A program made the translations under genes and the position numbers. From Bdellovibrionales bacterium (GTDB lineage: Bacteria > Bdellovibrionota > Bdellovibrionia > Bdellovibrionales > JAMPXM01), in assembly GCA_043739185.1 (NCBI GenBank), contig JAYUEN010000107.1, positions 64,106-128,105 on the forward strand: a stretch of 64,000 nucleotides of DNA, written 5' to 3'. The number at the start of each line of letters is the position of its first letter. The first letter of the stretch is position 1. The notes under the pieces are model-generated. The model did not search any database, was not told the DNA's origin, and worked only from the letters and a program-made list of their open reading frames with translations. Below, in pieces: positions 17,759 through 27,112 of this stretch.

Positions 17759-18337
17759 TCATGCGGATTTGACAGCTTTTGGGTTTTTCACAGGAAAATA
17801 TTGGCCAAAAACCATAAGGCAGATACCGACTACAATAGCAAAGTCAGCGAAATTGAAAATGCCAGTTCGCAACTCGCCGAGCCCCATATTCATAAAATCT
17901 ACAACCCTCTGATAAAGAAGGCGGTCCCAGAGATTGCCGAGCCCGCCGCCCACAAGAAGTGCAAGCCCGAGCTGTTGAAAGCGGTCTGATTGCAGTCGAA
18001 AAAGTGTCGCAGCAGCGAACACCAAAAACAGGGCGACCAAAACAGTAAAAATCCAAAATCTCAGATCCGCACTCATGCCGCCGCCCAAACCTAAAAATGC
18101 CCCTGGGTTTTCAGCATATTCGAGACGAAACATTCCGTTTGCATACTCAATAGCATCGTGCGAACGAAGGCTCGCTTTCGCCCAATTTTTAGTTGCTTGA
18201 TCAAGAATTAAAGTTGCGGCTAGAACGAAAAGAACCACCAGGCCATCGCGCAATCTCGAAAGCTTCTTGTTTTGGGCGGCCTTTTGATCATTTGCGTTTT
18301 CGCTTTTCATTGGTTTCAACTTATATTTACCTCGCAA
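17759..18337 (-). CDS. lspA: Lipoprotein signal peptidase II
   Basis: DQATKNWA, NPGAFLGLG, GGLGNLWDR, VVDF and FNFADFAIVVG are LspA motifs. There is a basic N-terminal extension, and Met 18310 is an alternative start. Confidence 0.88.
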   Translation of the reverse strand: MRGKYKLKPMKSENANDQKAAQNKKLSRLRDGLVVLFVLAATLILDQATKNWAKASLRSHDAIEYANGMFRLEYAENPGAFLGLGGGMSADLRFWIFTVLVALFLVFAAATLFRLQSDRFQQLGLALLVGGGLGNLWDRLLYQRVVDFMNMGLGELRTGIFNFADFAIVVGICLMVFGQYFPVKNPKAVKSA

Positions 18338-18424
18338 GGCCTGTCAAATCACATAAGAATCATTAGACCTCTTGCATACCTAATCGTGCAAGGGGTCTAT
18401 TATTATTGACCGAAAGCTTCACTT

Positions 18425-18820
18425 TTGGCTATGCTCTGCCCTATGTCGAAACAAAAGTTCAGTTTTCAAAATGCGAACTCAAATCCAGACTTTCAAGGCG
18501 TTCAAGACGTGACCGCGGAGGATCTTCTTGCTGCCTTGTCGAGTAAGACGGCGCCACTTTTTTTGATTGATGTGCGCCAGCCCGACGAATATACGGGTGA
18601 GCTCGGACATATTGACGGCGCGAAGCTTATTCCCTTGGGAACTCTTCCTCAGTCCATTTCTTCAATTTCTCAAGATCAGACGATTGTCTTTGTGTGCCGC
18701 AGCGGCGGAAGATCTGCAAAAGCAAGCGCTTTTGCGCTCGAATCTGGCTTGAGCGCAGTATATAATCTAAGGGGAGGAATGTTGCGCTGGAACCAATTGG
18801 GCTTTGAAACTAAAAAATAA
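18425..18820 (+). CDS. Rhodanese-domain sulfurtransferase
   Basis: FLIDVRQPDEYTGELGHIDGA, the active-site loop VCRSGGRS and NLRGGMLRW. The start is ambiguous (TTG 18425, ATG 18431 or 18446). Confidence 0.8.
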   Translation: MAMLCPMSKQKFSFQNANSNPDFQGVQDVTAEDLLAALSSKTAPLFLIDVRQPDEYTGELGHIDGAKLIPLGTLPQSISSISQDQTIVFVCRSGGRSAKASAFALESGLSAVYNLRGGMLRWNQLGFETKK

Positions 18821-18845
18821 GCATCTCCTGCCTGCACACTAATAT

Positions 18846-20258
18846 ATGTCACAAAAAGTTTTTGTTAATCGCACGCTCAATCTTCGGAAAATCAAATATA
18901 TCGGACTCGATATGGATCACACTTTGGTTCGCTACAATAGCAAAGCTTTTGAAAGTCTTGCTCACCAAAGTATGGTTAAAAAACTGGTGGAGCAAAAAAA
19001 CTATCCAGAATCTATCTTGAAACTGCCGTTCGATTTCGACCTTGCAATTCGCGGGCTGGTTATTGATCGCAAGCGTGGAAATTTATTAAAAGTAAGCCGT
19101 CACGGCGCCATTCGCGCTAGTTTTCATGGCACCAAGCCAATAGATTTTCACACTCAGCAGTCGGATTATAAATCGATTTATATTGACCTCTCGGAGTCGA
19201 ATAAATACTCCGCAATTGATACTACCTTTTCAATTTCAATCGCAACTCTTTTTGCACAATTGGTAGATGAAAAGGATTTGCACAAAGATACGCTTCCGGA
19301 TTACGACACCATTGCTGGTGATTTGATGTTTGTACTCGATCAATCCCATAGAGATGGTAGCCTCAAGGATGTGGTGGCAAAAAATCTTGAGAAATTTATA
19401 GTTAAAGATTCTGAGGTCGTGGCCGGCCTCGAACGCTTTAAAAAGCATGACAAGAAGATTTTCATTCTAACAAACTCTGATTATTCATACAGCAAAATGC
19501 TGCTTGATTTTGCGGTGAACCCTTTTTTGAAAGAGCACGACTCTTGGATGGATCTTTTTGAAATCGTCGTAACCAATGCTCAAAAGCCAAGATTCTTCTT
19601 TGATAATTTGCGGTTTTTAAAAATAAATCCCACTGATGGCAGCATGACGAACTATGAGGGCAAGTTAACAAAAGGCATTTATCAGGGCGGTGGCGCCGCT
19701 AAATTTACCGCCGATTTGGGTGTTGAGGGCGATGATATTTTGTATATTGGCGACCATATTTACGGCGACATTTTACGCTTGAAAAAAGATTGTAATTGGA
19801 GAACCGCTCTCGTCGTTGAGGAGCTCGAAACCGAAATCGAGAATGCCGAGAAAGCTCATCCCTATTTTGATAAAATCGCCGAACTTATGATAGCAAAAGA
19901 GCCCTTTGAGCAAGATTTGGTTGATGAAATTTCTAAAAAAATTGAGTTCGGGAAAACCAAAAAAGATAAAAGGCCACTCAATCCACACGAAGAAACTATT
20001 ACGAGTCTTCAAAATAAATTGGCCGAACTCGATAAACAGATAAGTCCGCTCATTAAAAAACAACAGTCCATGTTCAATGCAAATTGGGGCGAAGTTTTTC
20101 GAGCTGGAAATGAAGAGAGTTATTTCGCGAGCCAGGTCGATCGTTTCGCTTGTATTTATATGGCCCGGCTATCTGATTTGTTAGAACTTTCTCCACGCAC
20201 TTATTTTAGGGCCGCCCGTAGGCCTCTGGCCCATGAAATCGCACTTAAGCTTGTCTAA
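18846..20258 (+). CDS. HAD-IG family 5'-nucleotidase (cytosolic purine 5'-nucleotidase-like)
   Basis: 470 aa. VFVNRTLNLRKIKYIGLDMDHTLVRY (DxDxT), FILTNS and YIGDHIYGDIL match the NT5C2-like HAD-IG pattern. Confidence 0.8.
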   Translation: MSQKVFVNRTLNLRKIKYIGLDMDHTLVRYNSKAFESLAHQSMVKKLVEQKNYPESILKLPFDFDLAIRGLVIDRKRGNLLKVSRHGAIRASFHGTKPIDFHTQQSDYKSIYIDLSESNKYSAIDTTFSISIATLFAQLVDEKDLHKDTLPDYDTIAGDLMFVLDQSHRDGSLKDVVAKNLEKFIVKDSEVVAGLERFKKHDKKIFILTNSDYSYSKMLLDFAVNPFLKEHDSWMDLFEIVVTNAQKPRFFFDNLRFLKINPTDGSMTNYEGKLTKGIYQGGGAAKFTADLGVEGDDILYIGDHIYGDILRLKKDCNWRTALVVEELETEIENAEKAHPYFDKIAELMIAKEPFEQDLVDEISKKIEFGKTKKDKRPLNPHEETITSLQNKLAELDKQISPLIKKQQSMFNANWGEVFRAGNEESYFASQVDRFACIYMARLSDLLELSPRTYFRAARRPLAHEIALKLV

Positions 20259-20593
20259 TAAGACTCTTTCTATTTTTTATTGATAACCTTTAGAAAATTT
20301 CAGAGTCGGGCATCCCGGGTTCGGTTAACGGCAGCAGATTCAGAGTTAGGAACTGATAACCTTACCGCCGGTCACCGAGACTGCCAACCTGTATTCGGTT
20401 GCGGCTGCCTCTAAAGCTGATCCCGAAACCATTAGCAAAAAGAATCTTGGGCTTCTAATTAGTTACTTTTTTTGCTCTTCGACTAGCAATTTTCGGCAGG
20501 TTTTCGGCTTCGTTTTAGCAAGGGCTTTGCGCGCATTTGAAATCAAAAAGAGTCCGGAAAATGCCTATTTAACAGGGAAATCTGACTTTTCAG

Positions 20594-20609
20594 TGGCACC
20601 TGAATTGCT
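20594..20609 (+). promoter_or_regulatory. Sigma-54 (-24/-12) promoter
   Basis: TGGCAC-ctgaa-TTGCT, with the exact consensus spacing (GG-N10-GC). It lies 13 nt upstream of the ATG at 20622. Confidence 0.6.
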
Positions 20610-20621
20610 CTGTTGTTTCTC

Positions 20622-22124
20622 ATGGATGAAATTGAATTCGATAAGAAATCGAGCCTCTTGAGCGCTGCTCAAATGGACCCTGGTAAAATCACAGGTCGTA
20701 CTTTCAAGTGGAGTCAGCTTGTTTTATTTTTCATTCTTCTCGTGCTCGGCTTTTCTAGCTTTCAATTTATAAAGCCTGCCACCGCGATTCAAACTCTTGC
20801 CGCAATTTCTAAATTCAACTTTCAAACACCGGGCAATTCAGATGAAGAAATCTTAGACCGTTCAGAAGTCGACAACTCAACACCGACACTTTCAAGCTTA
20901 CCCGCCCATGATGCCGAGCCAGACGCACAACTTACGGCCTCAAGTGCAGACACAATTTTAAATCAAGGCTTACCTCTTTTTGATCGCACTCGAATTTTAA
21001 CTGATTACAAGGCGCGCGTTTCAAATGCATTTCATATCCCTTCTGGCCTCGAGTCTCGTGTGCAGTTTTGGTTTGATATTTATACCAAATACGGTCTGGA
21101 TGAGCGTGTTTTGCATTCTCAAAAGTATCCGTGGTTGATATTAAAAGTCGTAGATGTTGCCCCTATATTATATGCTGAAACACCCAGTCTGCGCTGGCTT
21201 AGAAATCAAAAAGCCGAGCGCGTTGTCAAACACGAGCTGTCCGAGCTCAAGCTACGACTATTGAAAATTTCAAAGACTAAAAACCTTGAATCCTTGAAGG
21301 ATGAAGAGCTTTCTCTTGTTTCTGCAATTCAGAGCCTGCCCGGAAAAGTTCAGAGGAATGCCGCGCTCGTTGCAAAAAGTCTTCGTATTCAGACTGGTCA
21401 AAAAGAAGTCTTTCAAGAAGGCCTGACAATCAGTCGAAAGTTTTTACCTCAGATGGACGCTATTTTCATTGAGCAAAAGCTTCCGACAGAGCTCACGCGC
21501 ATTCCTCTTGTTGAGAGTAGTTTCAACCACCTCGCCACGAGTAAGGCTGGCGCAAGTGGGGTTTGGCAATTTATTGGCAATACGGGTAAAAAATTTCTGA
21601 TGGTAAACAATAATATTGATGAAAGACGCTCGCCGATCAAATCAACCTATGCCGCCGCTCTTCTTTTGAAAGAAGATTTTATGCTTTTGAAGCATCAATG
21701 GCCTTTGGCTGTGACGGCATATAATCATGGTCCCGGCGGCGTAAGACATGCGGCAAAGGCCGCTGGCTCATATGAGCTTGCGAAAATTTTGACTCGCTAT
21801 CAATCTCGTTCTTTTAGTTTTGCTTCTAGCAATTATTATAGTGAGTTCTTGGCGGCACTTTATGCTGAGCGCTACCAAGATGAAATCTTTGGCGCTTCGG
21901 CTCCTGACAGTTCCGGCGGCACCCAAGTGGTTCGTCTCTCCCGCAAAATGCACGCAAATGAATTGCTCATTAAGATTGATATGCCCGTTGAAGATTTCAT
22001 TGATCTGAATCCCGAGCTTAAAAAAGCTGTCGAGAAAAACTCCTCTTTACCAAAGGGTTTTAAACTTCATATTCCGACCGACAAAAAAACTTTAGACTCT
22101 AAGATTTTTGCAAAAAATGACTAG
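20622..22124 (+). CDS. Membrane-bound lytic murein transglycosylase (MltD-like, SLT domain)
   Basis: SLT catalytic motif ESSFNHLATSKAGASGVWQFIGNTGKKF with AYNHGPGG, plus an N-terminal TM segment and a LysM-like C-terminal region. The track start is TTG 20613. ATG 20622 and Met 20673 are alternatives. Confidence 0.8.
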   Translation: MDEIEFDKKSSLLSAAQMDPGKITGRTFKWSQLVLFFILLVLGFSSFQFIKPATAIQTLAAISKFNFQTPGNSDEEILDRSEVDNSTPTLSSLPAHDAEPDAQLTASSADTILNQGLPLFDRTRILTDYKARVSNAFHIPSGLESRVQFWFDIYTKYGLDERVLHSQKYPWLILKVVDVAPILYAETPSLRWLRNQKAERVVKHELSELKLRLLKISKTKNLESLKDEELSLVSAIQSLPGKVQRNAALVAKSLRIQTGQKEVFQEGLTISRKFLPQMDAIFIEQKLPTELTRIPLVESSFNHLATSKAGASGVWQFIGNTGKKFLMVNNNIDERRSPIKSTYAAALLLKEDFMLLKHQWPLAVTAYNHGPGGVRHAAKAAGSYELAKILTRYQSRSFSFASSNYYSEFLAALYAERYQDEIFGASAPDSSGGTQVVRLSRKMHANELLIKIDMPVEDFIDLNPELKKAVEKNSSLPKGFKLHIPTDKKTLDSKIFAKND

Positions 22125-22129
22125 GGCTC

Positions 22130-24280
22130 TTAGCGAAAGGCGTGGCTAAACACATTCACTACGCCGCGATCAACGTAAGAAGCTTGAGTTAAAATTTTAT
22201 CAGAGTCCTGAGTTAAAACTGAGACCGTCAACAGTCCTTCTGGCGCATTGAAAATAATAAAGCCGCCGCCGGGAACACCCACTTCGCCTGGGACAATTTC
22301 GCCCTTTGAGTCAAAGTAAATAATTCGCGTGGTATCTGATACCCTCTCACCAAAGGCGGCGCGATAGGGCTTGCGAGACTGAATAAAGCCCATAATGCTT
22401 CCGGTATACGCAATGACATCTAAGCCCGCCTGCTTTCTGATTTCCTCAAACCATGCCTGAGAGACAACTGGTGCATAGATTGTGTTTTTATTTCGGCTCA
22501 AGGTTAGTCTCGTCAATTCATATTCCGGACCAGCATCGACGTCCAAAATCATGAGACCTGTTCCCTCCGAATAGTGTAGCTTCGCTTGGCCATTGATATC
22601 TGTTTCAAGCCCAGAGCTTTGCCCAAGTCGCAAAAGATTCGCCGGCAAACTTTTTGCGGTTTGAAATCCGTCGAAAACTAAAACCTCTGCAACTTTTGTT
22701 TTTGCCACATCAATATTGAGCTGAGAGACTTTGTTCGAATCGGCAGGAATTACCGATGGCTCAGACAGTCCGCCAGAATAGTTTACCTGAAGGGCCTGTA
22801 CTCCCGGATTAACACCAACAAAAGCATAATATCCATTCGCTGAAGTCGCAGTCATACTGAGGTCAGGAATCATCATTTTATTAAAGTAAACTGGGCGCAA
22901 GTTTTGGTCCGCAGTTAGCATTTCAACCTGGCCTCCGGCAACTGCGTCACCATTTTTGGTAATACGCCCCCATACAATTGACATATTATTCATATCCACG
23001 GGGCCGGCTTGCTCGCCATCTGGATTATTGACCTTGTCCGCATTTTTTTGAAGACTCAGCAATTCCGCCACCATCTTATTAGAATACATCGGAATTAAGT
23101 TTTCGCTGCCCGCGCTCGCAATGCTAATTCCAGAAATATAGCCTGGCTTTTGTGACTTTAAGATCATAGTCGATTGATTAACCAGATTAGGATCCGAGAA
23201 TTTTCCTCCAACTTCAGAGACAAACTCGTGCGGAATCATATCCACCTCTAGCTTGGCGCTTTTGAGTGGCTGCGGATCAAACTCATCGCTCGAGTTCGCC
23301 GCCACTACCCGACCGACAAGGCCCTGTGAAGTGGGCGCGATGCGAATCAAAATTTTATTTTGATCCATGGTCGCTCGTCCTGAGCCAAGTATTTCTCCGG
23401 CTTGAGTGCGTAGTTCTGCGACTAAAAGTCCTGAGCGACTGCCCACGCCGATTTCAAATCTTCCTTCTTTTGTCCATACCACTGCATTTTCTAAAGCCTG
23501 TCCTTTGTCCTCATGAAAAACCACAATTCGATCTTTCGGAGAGGTAAAGGCTAAACCCTGACTCATTTCAATCGCGCCGTTAATTTTAAACTGTTTGTTT
23601 GGATCAATGCTTGTTGAAAAACTTTGCTTAGATGTTTCTGCCGCAAAGGCCGGAAGAAATGCCGGCTCTCTTTTCTTTGAATGAGGCTCTATTAACTGAT
23701 CGCCAGGCGCAAGATTATTTTGTGCAACCGGAAGTGATTTTAAGATTCGGTTTTGTCCGCCGCGATTGATGACTCCCGGGTCGTGATGTATCATCGGAAT
23801 AAAGAGCGCGTCTAAAAGTTCTTCTCGTGTAACTCCTACAGCTCTCAAATCGATATTTTTGACCTGTGTGCCTGGCGTTTTGGGCGCAGGATAAGTTTGC
23901 ATTTCGAAACTTGGAATAGCTTCTTGAGCCGCTACATTATAGTTGTCGTTGCGATTTTCCCGATTCTCTTGAACAATTTTTTCAGCAACCTCTTGAAATG
24001 AGTTCCGACCAGAAACCAGCTCGATCTTTTGGTAGGTTTTCACCTGAGGAATTTGGTCATCACCAAAGTCAGCCTCTAACAAGACATCTTCAAGCGCAGC
24101 CACCGGTGGCGCATTGTGATTAAGATGAATAGTCACGCCCTCAACAAATACTCTCGAATCAATACTTTCGGTTTTCTGAGGGCTCAGCGCCATCATCCCT
24201 GCATAGGCAATGCTCGCAAACGATAAAATCGCTATAAAAGATGAGCCTTGGCTTTTGGGTCGCGAATAGTGCTTATACAT
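22130..24280 (-). CDS. Large membrane-anchored/secreted hypothetical protein with beta-sandwich (carboxypeptidase-regulatory-like) repeats
   Basis: 716 aa with one N-terminal TM helix. Segments such as GYYAFVGVNPGVQALQVNYSG and GGGFIIFNAPEGLLTVSV resemble CarboxypepD_reg-type domains. I recognise no catalytic motif. Confidence 0.4.
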   Translation of the reverse strand: MYKHYSRPKSQGSSFIAILSFASIAYAGMMALSPQKTESIDSRVFVEGVTIHLNHNAPPVAALEDVLLEADFGDDQIPQVKTYQKIELVSGRNSFQEVAEKIVQENRENRNDNYNVAAQEAIPSFEMQTYPAPKTPGTQVKNIDLRAVGVTREELLDALFIPMIHHDPGVINRGGQNRILKSLPVAQNNLAPGDQLIEPHSKKREPAFLPAFAAETSKQSFSTSIDPNKQFKINGAIEMSQGLAFTSPKDRIVVFHEDKGQALENAVVWTKEGRFEIGVGSRSGLLVAELRTQAGEILGSGRATMDQNKILIRIAPTSQGLVGRVVAANSSDEFDPQPLKSAKLEVDMIPHEFVSEVGGKFSDPNLVNQSTMILKSQKPGYISGISIASAGSENLIPMYSNKMVAELLSLQKNADKVNNPDGEQAGPVDMNNMSIVWGRITKNGDAVAGGQVEMLTADQNLRPVYFNKMMIPDLSMTATSANGYYAFVGVNPGVQALQVNYSGGLSEPSVIPADSNKVSQLNIDVAKTKVAEVLVFDGFQTAKSLPANLLRLGQSSGLETDINGQAKLHYSEGTGLMILDVDAGPEYELTRLTLSRNKNTIYAPVVSQAWFEEIRKQAGLDVIAYTGSIMGFIQSRKPYRAAFGERVSDTTRIIYFDSKGEIVPGEVGVPGGGFIIFNAPEGLLTVSVLTQDSDKILTQASYVDRGVVNVFSHAFR

Positions 24281-24331
24281 TTGTCTTCCATGACAAAGTG
24301 TTAGTAAAAAGTCTGCTTAACTTAATGTTAC

Positions 24332-24775
24332 TTAAAAAGGTTTAAAGTCGTCAATCATGTTGCGATCATCTCGACGATTGGACAATCCAGTTTTGATTCG
24401 CTCTGCAATTTCTTTGGCGCGACTTGAGTCTCGTCCGTACCCGTCGTAGCCGCGATTGCTTTTTTTCTCGACGTAAGAATCGATGCTTACTGAATAAGGC
24501 CGTCCGGCACCCAAAATAGTAATATGGGCGGTTTCGCGAAAGACCTCAGCAGATGCATCCACGTCCAGTGGACCCTTCGGCGCGAAATATTTGGAGTCAA
24601 ATTCCCGTCCATTTTCACTCGTCTTGCGAACGCCGCCGGGACAACTTTCTTTCACCGCGGCTCGCACAACTCCAAATGGGCGGTTGATATCATCGATTAC
24701 CACTTGGGATTCGCAGCCCACAAGAAATACGAGAAGGCCCGCGTGGATAGCCGTGGATATCCAGCGCAAACTCAT
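24332..24775 (-). CDS. Hypothetical lipoprotein
   Basis: I start it at MSLRWISTAIHAGLLVFLVGC (lipobox LVGC). The longer track ORF (to 24829) would overlap the transaldolase gene. Confidence 0.5.
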   Translation of the reverse strand: MSLRWISTAIHAGLLVFLVGCESQVVIDDINRPFGVVRAAVKESCPGGVRKTSENGREFDSKYFAPKGPLDVDASAEVFRETAHITILGAGRPYSVSIDSYVEKKSNRGYDGYGRDSSRAKEIAERIKTGLSNRRDDRNMIDDFKPF

Positions 24776-24807
24776 TAATCTTGGCCAACTATTGAGTAGC
24801 CAGCTGA

Positions 24808-25452
24808 TCACTTCGGTACTTTTTCCCAATCCTTTAAGAATTGCTGAATGCCTGCGTCCGTGAGCGGGTGACTACAGAATTGTTTCATTACCTTAAGAGG
24901 GCACGTGACGATATCTGCGGCCATTAATGCACTTTCAAGTACGTGAATCGGATGGCGAACACTTGCCACTAAAATTTCAGTTTCAAATCCGTAATTATCG
25001 TAGATCGTGCGAATTTGTGAAATCAGCTCCATGCCATTGTTTGAAATATCATCTAAGCGACCCACAAAAGGAGAGCATAGGGTCGCGCCAGCCTTTGCAA
25101 CTAAAAGCGCCTGAAGTGGAGAAAATACAAGGGTCACATTGGTCTTAATACCATCAGCAGCAAATTTACGAACGGCAACGAGTCCCTCTTCACACATCGG
25201 GACTTTTACCACGACATTATCGTGAATTTTCGCCAGCTGAAGACCTTCTGCATAAATTTTGTCTGCTTGAAGACTAATAACCTCTGCCGAAACTGGCCCT
25301 TTAACTTCAAGGCAAATTTCTTTAATTACTTCGTTCATTTTTTTGCCAGTTTTTGCAACTAACGTCGGGTTAGTAGTTACTCCGTCGACCCATCCACGCG
25401 CATTCGCCTCACGAATCTCGTTAATATCTGCCGAATCAATAAAGAATTTCAT
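24808..25452 (-). CDS. Transaldolase family 3B / fructose-6-phosphate aldolase
   Basis: 214 aa. It has [16 protein letters not shown]...GVTTNPTL, the Schiff-base region VVKVP and a size typical of short Tal/FSA enzymes. Confidence 0.88.
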   Translation of the reverse strand: MKFFIDSADINEIREANARGWVDGVTTNPTLVAKTGKKMNEVIKEICLEVKGPVSAEVISLQADKIYAEGLQLAKIHDNVVVKVPMCEEGLVAVRKFAADGIKTNVTLVFSPLQALLVAKAGATLCSPFVGRLDDISNNGMELISQIRTIYDNYGFETEILVASVRHPIHVLESALMAADIVTCPLKVMKQFCSHPLTDAGIQQFLKDWEKVPK

Positions 25453-25507
25453 GCCATGCTCCTTCGAAAGTTTTGGGTCCGATGCAACAGATTTATGTGG
25501 CTACGAG

Positions 25508-25535
25508 GCAAAAATCAAGGGCAATTGCTTGATTC
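25508..25535 (-). terminator. Rho-independent terminator downstream of dapB
   Basis: On the minus strand AATCAAG-caattgcc-CTTGATT forms a 7-bp stem followed by TTTTG. It lies about 30 nt after the dapB stop. Confidence 0.55.
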
Positions 25536-25566
25536 AATTTGCTTATTAAAATGAGCCTTCAGAAAA

Positions 25567-26217
25567 CTACTTTCTCTGTGCTAAAAAGTCTCGCATCGTA
25601 TAAAAGCCCGGCTTTTGGCTAAGCAGCCACGACGCCGCCTGTAGCGCGCCCTCGGCAAAGACACTTCTATTTAAGGCACTATGCTCAATGCAGATGCTTT
25701 CAGTAGACCTCATCGCCCAAATCTTGTGTATTCCAAAGATTTCGCCGCCCCTAATTGAAAGTGGCTCGGGAAGTTCCTTTTTTACGATTTTTTTTAATTC
25801 GGCCTGAAGACTCTTCGCCGTGCCGCTGGGTTTATCTTTTTTGTTTCGATGATGCAGTTCTTCTATTTGAAAATCATAGTCGTATTGTTCCGAAAATACC
25901 TTCAGCATTTCTGTCACTAGCGCAATGCCCATACTAAAATTCGAAGCCCAAAAGATCGGGATTTTCTTTGCTGCCAGCATGAGCTCTCGATTTTGCTTGT
26001 CGCTGAGGCCGGTCGTTCCACTCAAAAAGGGAACCCCATTTTTTACACTCCACCGCAAGGCTTCGCTCATGCCATCAGGAGAAGAAAAATCAATGACGAT
26101 ATCTACCGAGCTTACTTTGCCGGTAAAGGCTTCGCAAATTCCTGCCCTTCGTTTTTTGAGGGCGCCCAAAATTTCGCCGCCCATTTTTCCTTTTGCCCCG
26201 ACTAGAGAAACCTTCAT
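25567..26217 (-). CDS. dapB: 4-hydroxy-tetrahydrodipicolinate reductase
   Basis: MKVSLVGAKGKMGG (the NAD-binding GxxGxxG), DFSSP, SGTTGL, ASNFSMG and IEELHHRNKKDKPSGTA. An alternative GTG start at 26226 would overlap the dapA stop. Confidence 0.88.
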   Translation of the reverse strand: MKVSLVGAKGKMGGEILGALKKRRAGICEAFTGKVSSVDIVIDFSSPDGMSEALRWSVKNGVPFLSGTTGLSDKQNRELMLAAKKIPIFWASNFSMGIALVTEMLKVFSEQYDYDFQIEELHHRNKKDKPSGTAKSLQAELKKIVKKELPEPLSIRGGEIFGIHKIWAMRSTESICIEHSALNRSVFAEGALQAASWLLSQKPGFYTMRDFLAQRK

Positions 26218-26222
26218 TTTTT

Positions 26223-27089
26223 TCACATCAGCCCACTTTCATGCAGACTGTTTTTCAGTTTCGGGATGAGTTGCTCAGACATTTCAACTAACGGCAATCG
26301 CATCTCTGGCGAAGCAATCTGGCCCATTAAAAAAAGTGCCATCTTAACCGGAATCGGATTGGCCTCTAAATAAAGGTTGTTGATCGTTTCAAGACAATTT
26401 TCAAAGTTTATGTCTGCACCTGGGCCACGACTTTGAAGCGCAACAAATTCTTTTGGCAAAATATGCGAGCCTACAGAAATTATGCCGTCACCGCCGGCGT
26501 TTATAAAGTGGCCGAAGCTCGCATCGTCGCCGCTTAAGAGACTAAACTCTGGCGATACTCCGGCTTTGATTTTAGAGGCAAAATGGATGTCCCCGGTCGC
26601 CTCTTTAATTCCAATAATGTTTTTTTCTTTCGCGAGACTCAATATGGTTTCTATTTCAAGGCGTGCAACTGTGCGCGAAGGAACATTATACAAAACCACC
26701 GGGAGCTCTGCGCTTTCCGATATTTTTTTAAAATGTAAAAAAAGTCCCTTCTGCGGAGGTTTGTTATAATATGGAACAACCACCAGGGCCGCAGTCGCTC
26801 CAAGTGCCGCGGCTTCTTGCGTTCGCGCGATGCTCTCCTCCGTCGAATTTGTACCGGTGCCCATTATAACAGGAATTTGTCCGGCAACTTCGCCTTTAAC
26901 AAGGCCAAATATTTTTTGGCGCTCTTCCGCGCTTAAACATGGACTCTCGGCAGTTGTACCATTTACCACAAAGCCCTGAATGCCGGCATCAAGCTGAAAT
27001 CTCAAGAGCTTTTTTAAAGACGCATAATCGACTTCGCCTCGGTGAAATGGCGTAATAAGCGCTGTCAATACGCCGGTCAGTTTTTTCAC
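26223..27089 (-). CDS. dapA: 4-hydroxy-tetrahydrodipicolinate synthase
   Basis: 288 aa with ALITPF, VNGTTAESPCLSAEE, YYNKP and the IIGIKEA active-site Lys region. Confidence 0.92.
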   Translation of the reverse strand: MKKLTGVLTALITPFHRGEVDYASLKKLLRFQLDAGIQGFVVNGTTAESPCLSAEERQKIFGLVKGEVAGQIPVIMGTGTNSTEESIARTQEAAALGATAALVVVPYYNKPPQKGLFLHFKKISESAELPVVLYNVPSRTVARLEIETILSLAKEKNIIGIKEATGDIHFASKIKAGVSPEFSLLSGDDASFGHFINAGGDGIISVGSHILPKEFVALQSRGPGADINFENCLETINNLYLEANPIPVKMALFLMGQIASPEMRLPLVEMSEQLIPKLKNSLHESGLM

Positions 27090-27112
27090 AATCTCTCCTT
27101 TTTACTCTGTGC

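Noticed and set aside
20281-20450. Possible riboswitch or structured leader (c-di-GMP, c-di-AMP/ydaO, cobalamin or TPP) upstream of the lytic transglycosylase
   Set aside because: I could not find the conserved cores of any of these classes, for example no GEMM GCAAA/ACGCAAAGC, no B12 box and no TPP CUGAGA...ACCUGA. In addition the region lies upstream of the sigma-54 promoter, so it is probably not transcribed with the gene. A covariance-model scan (Rfam/Infernal) would settle it.
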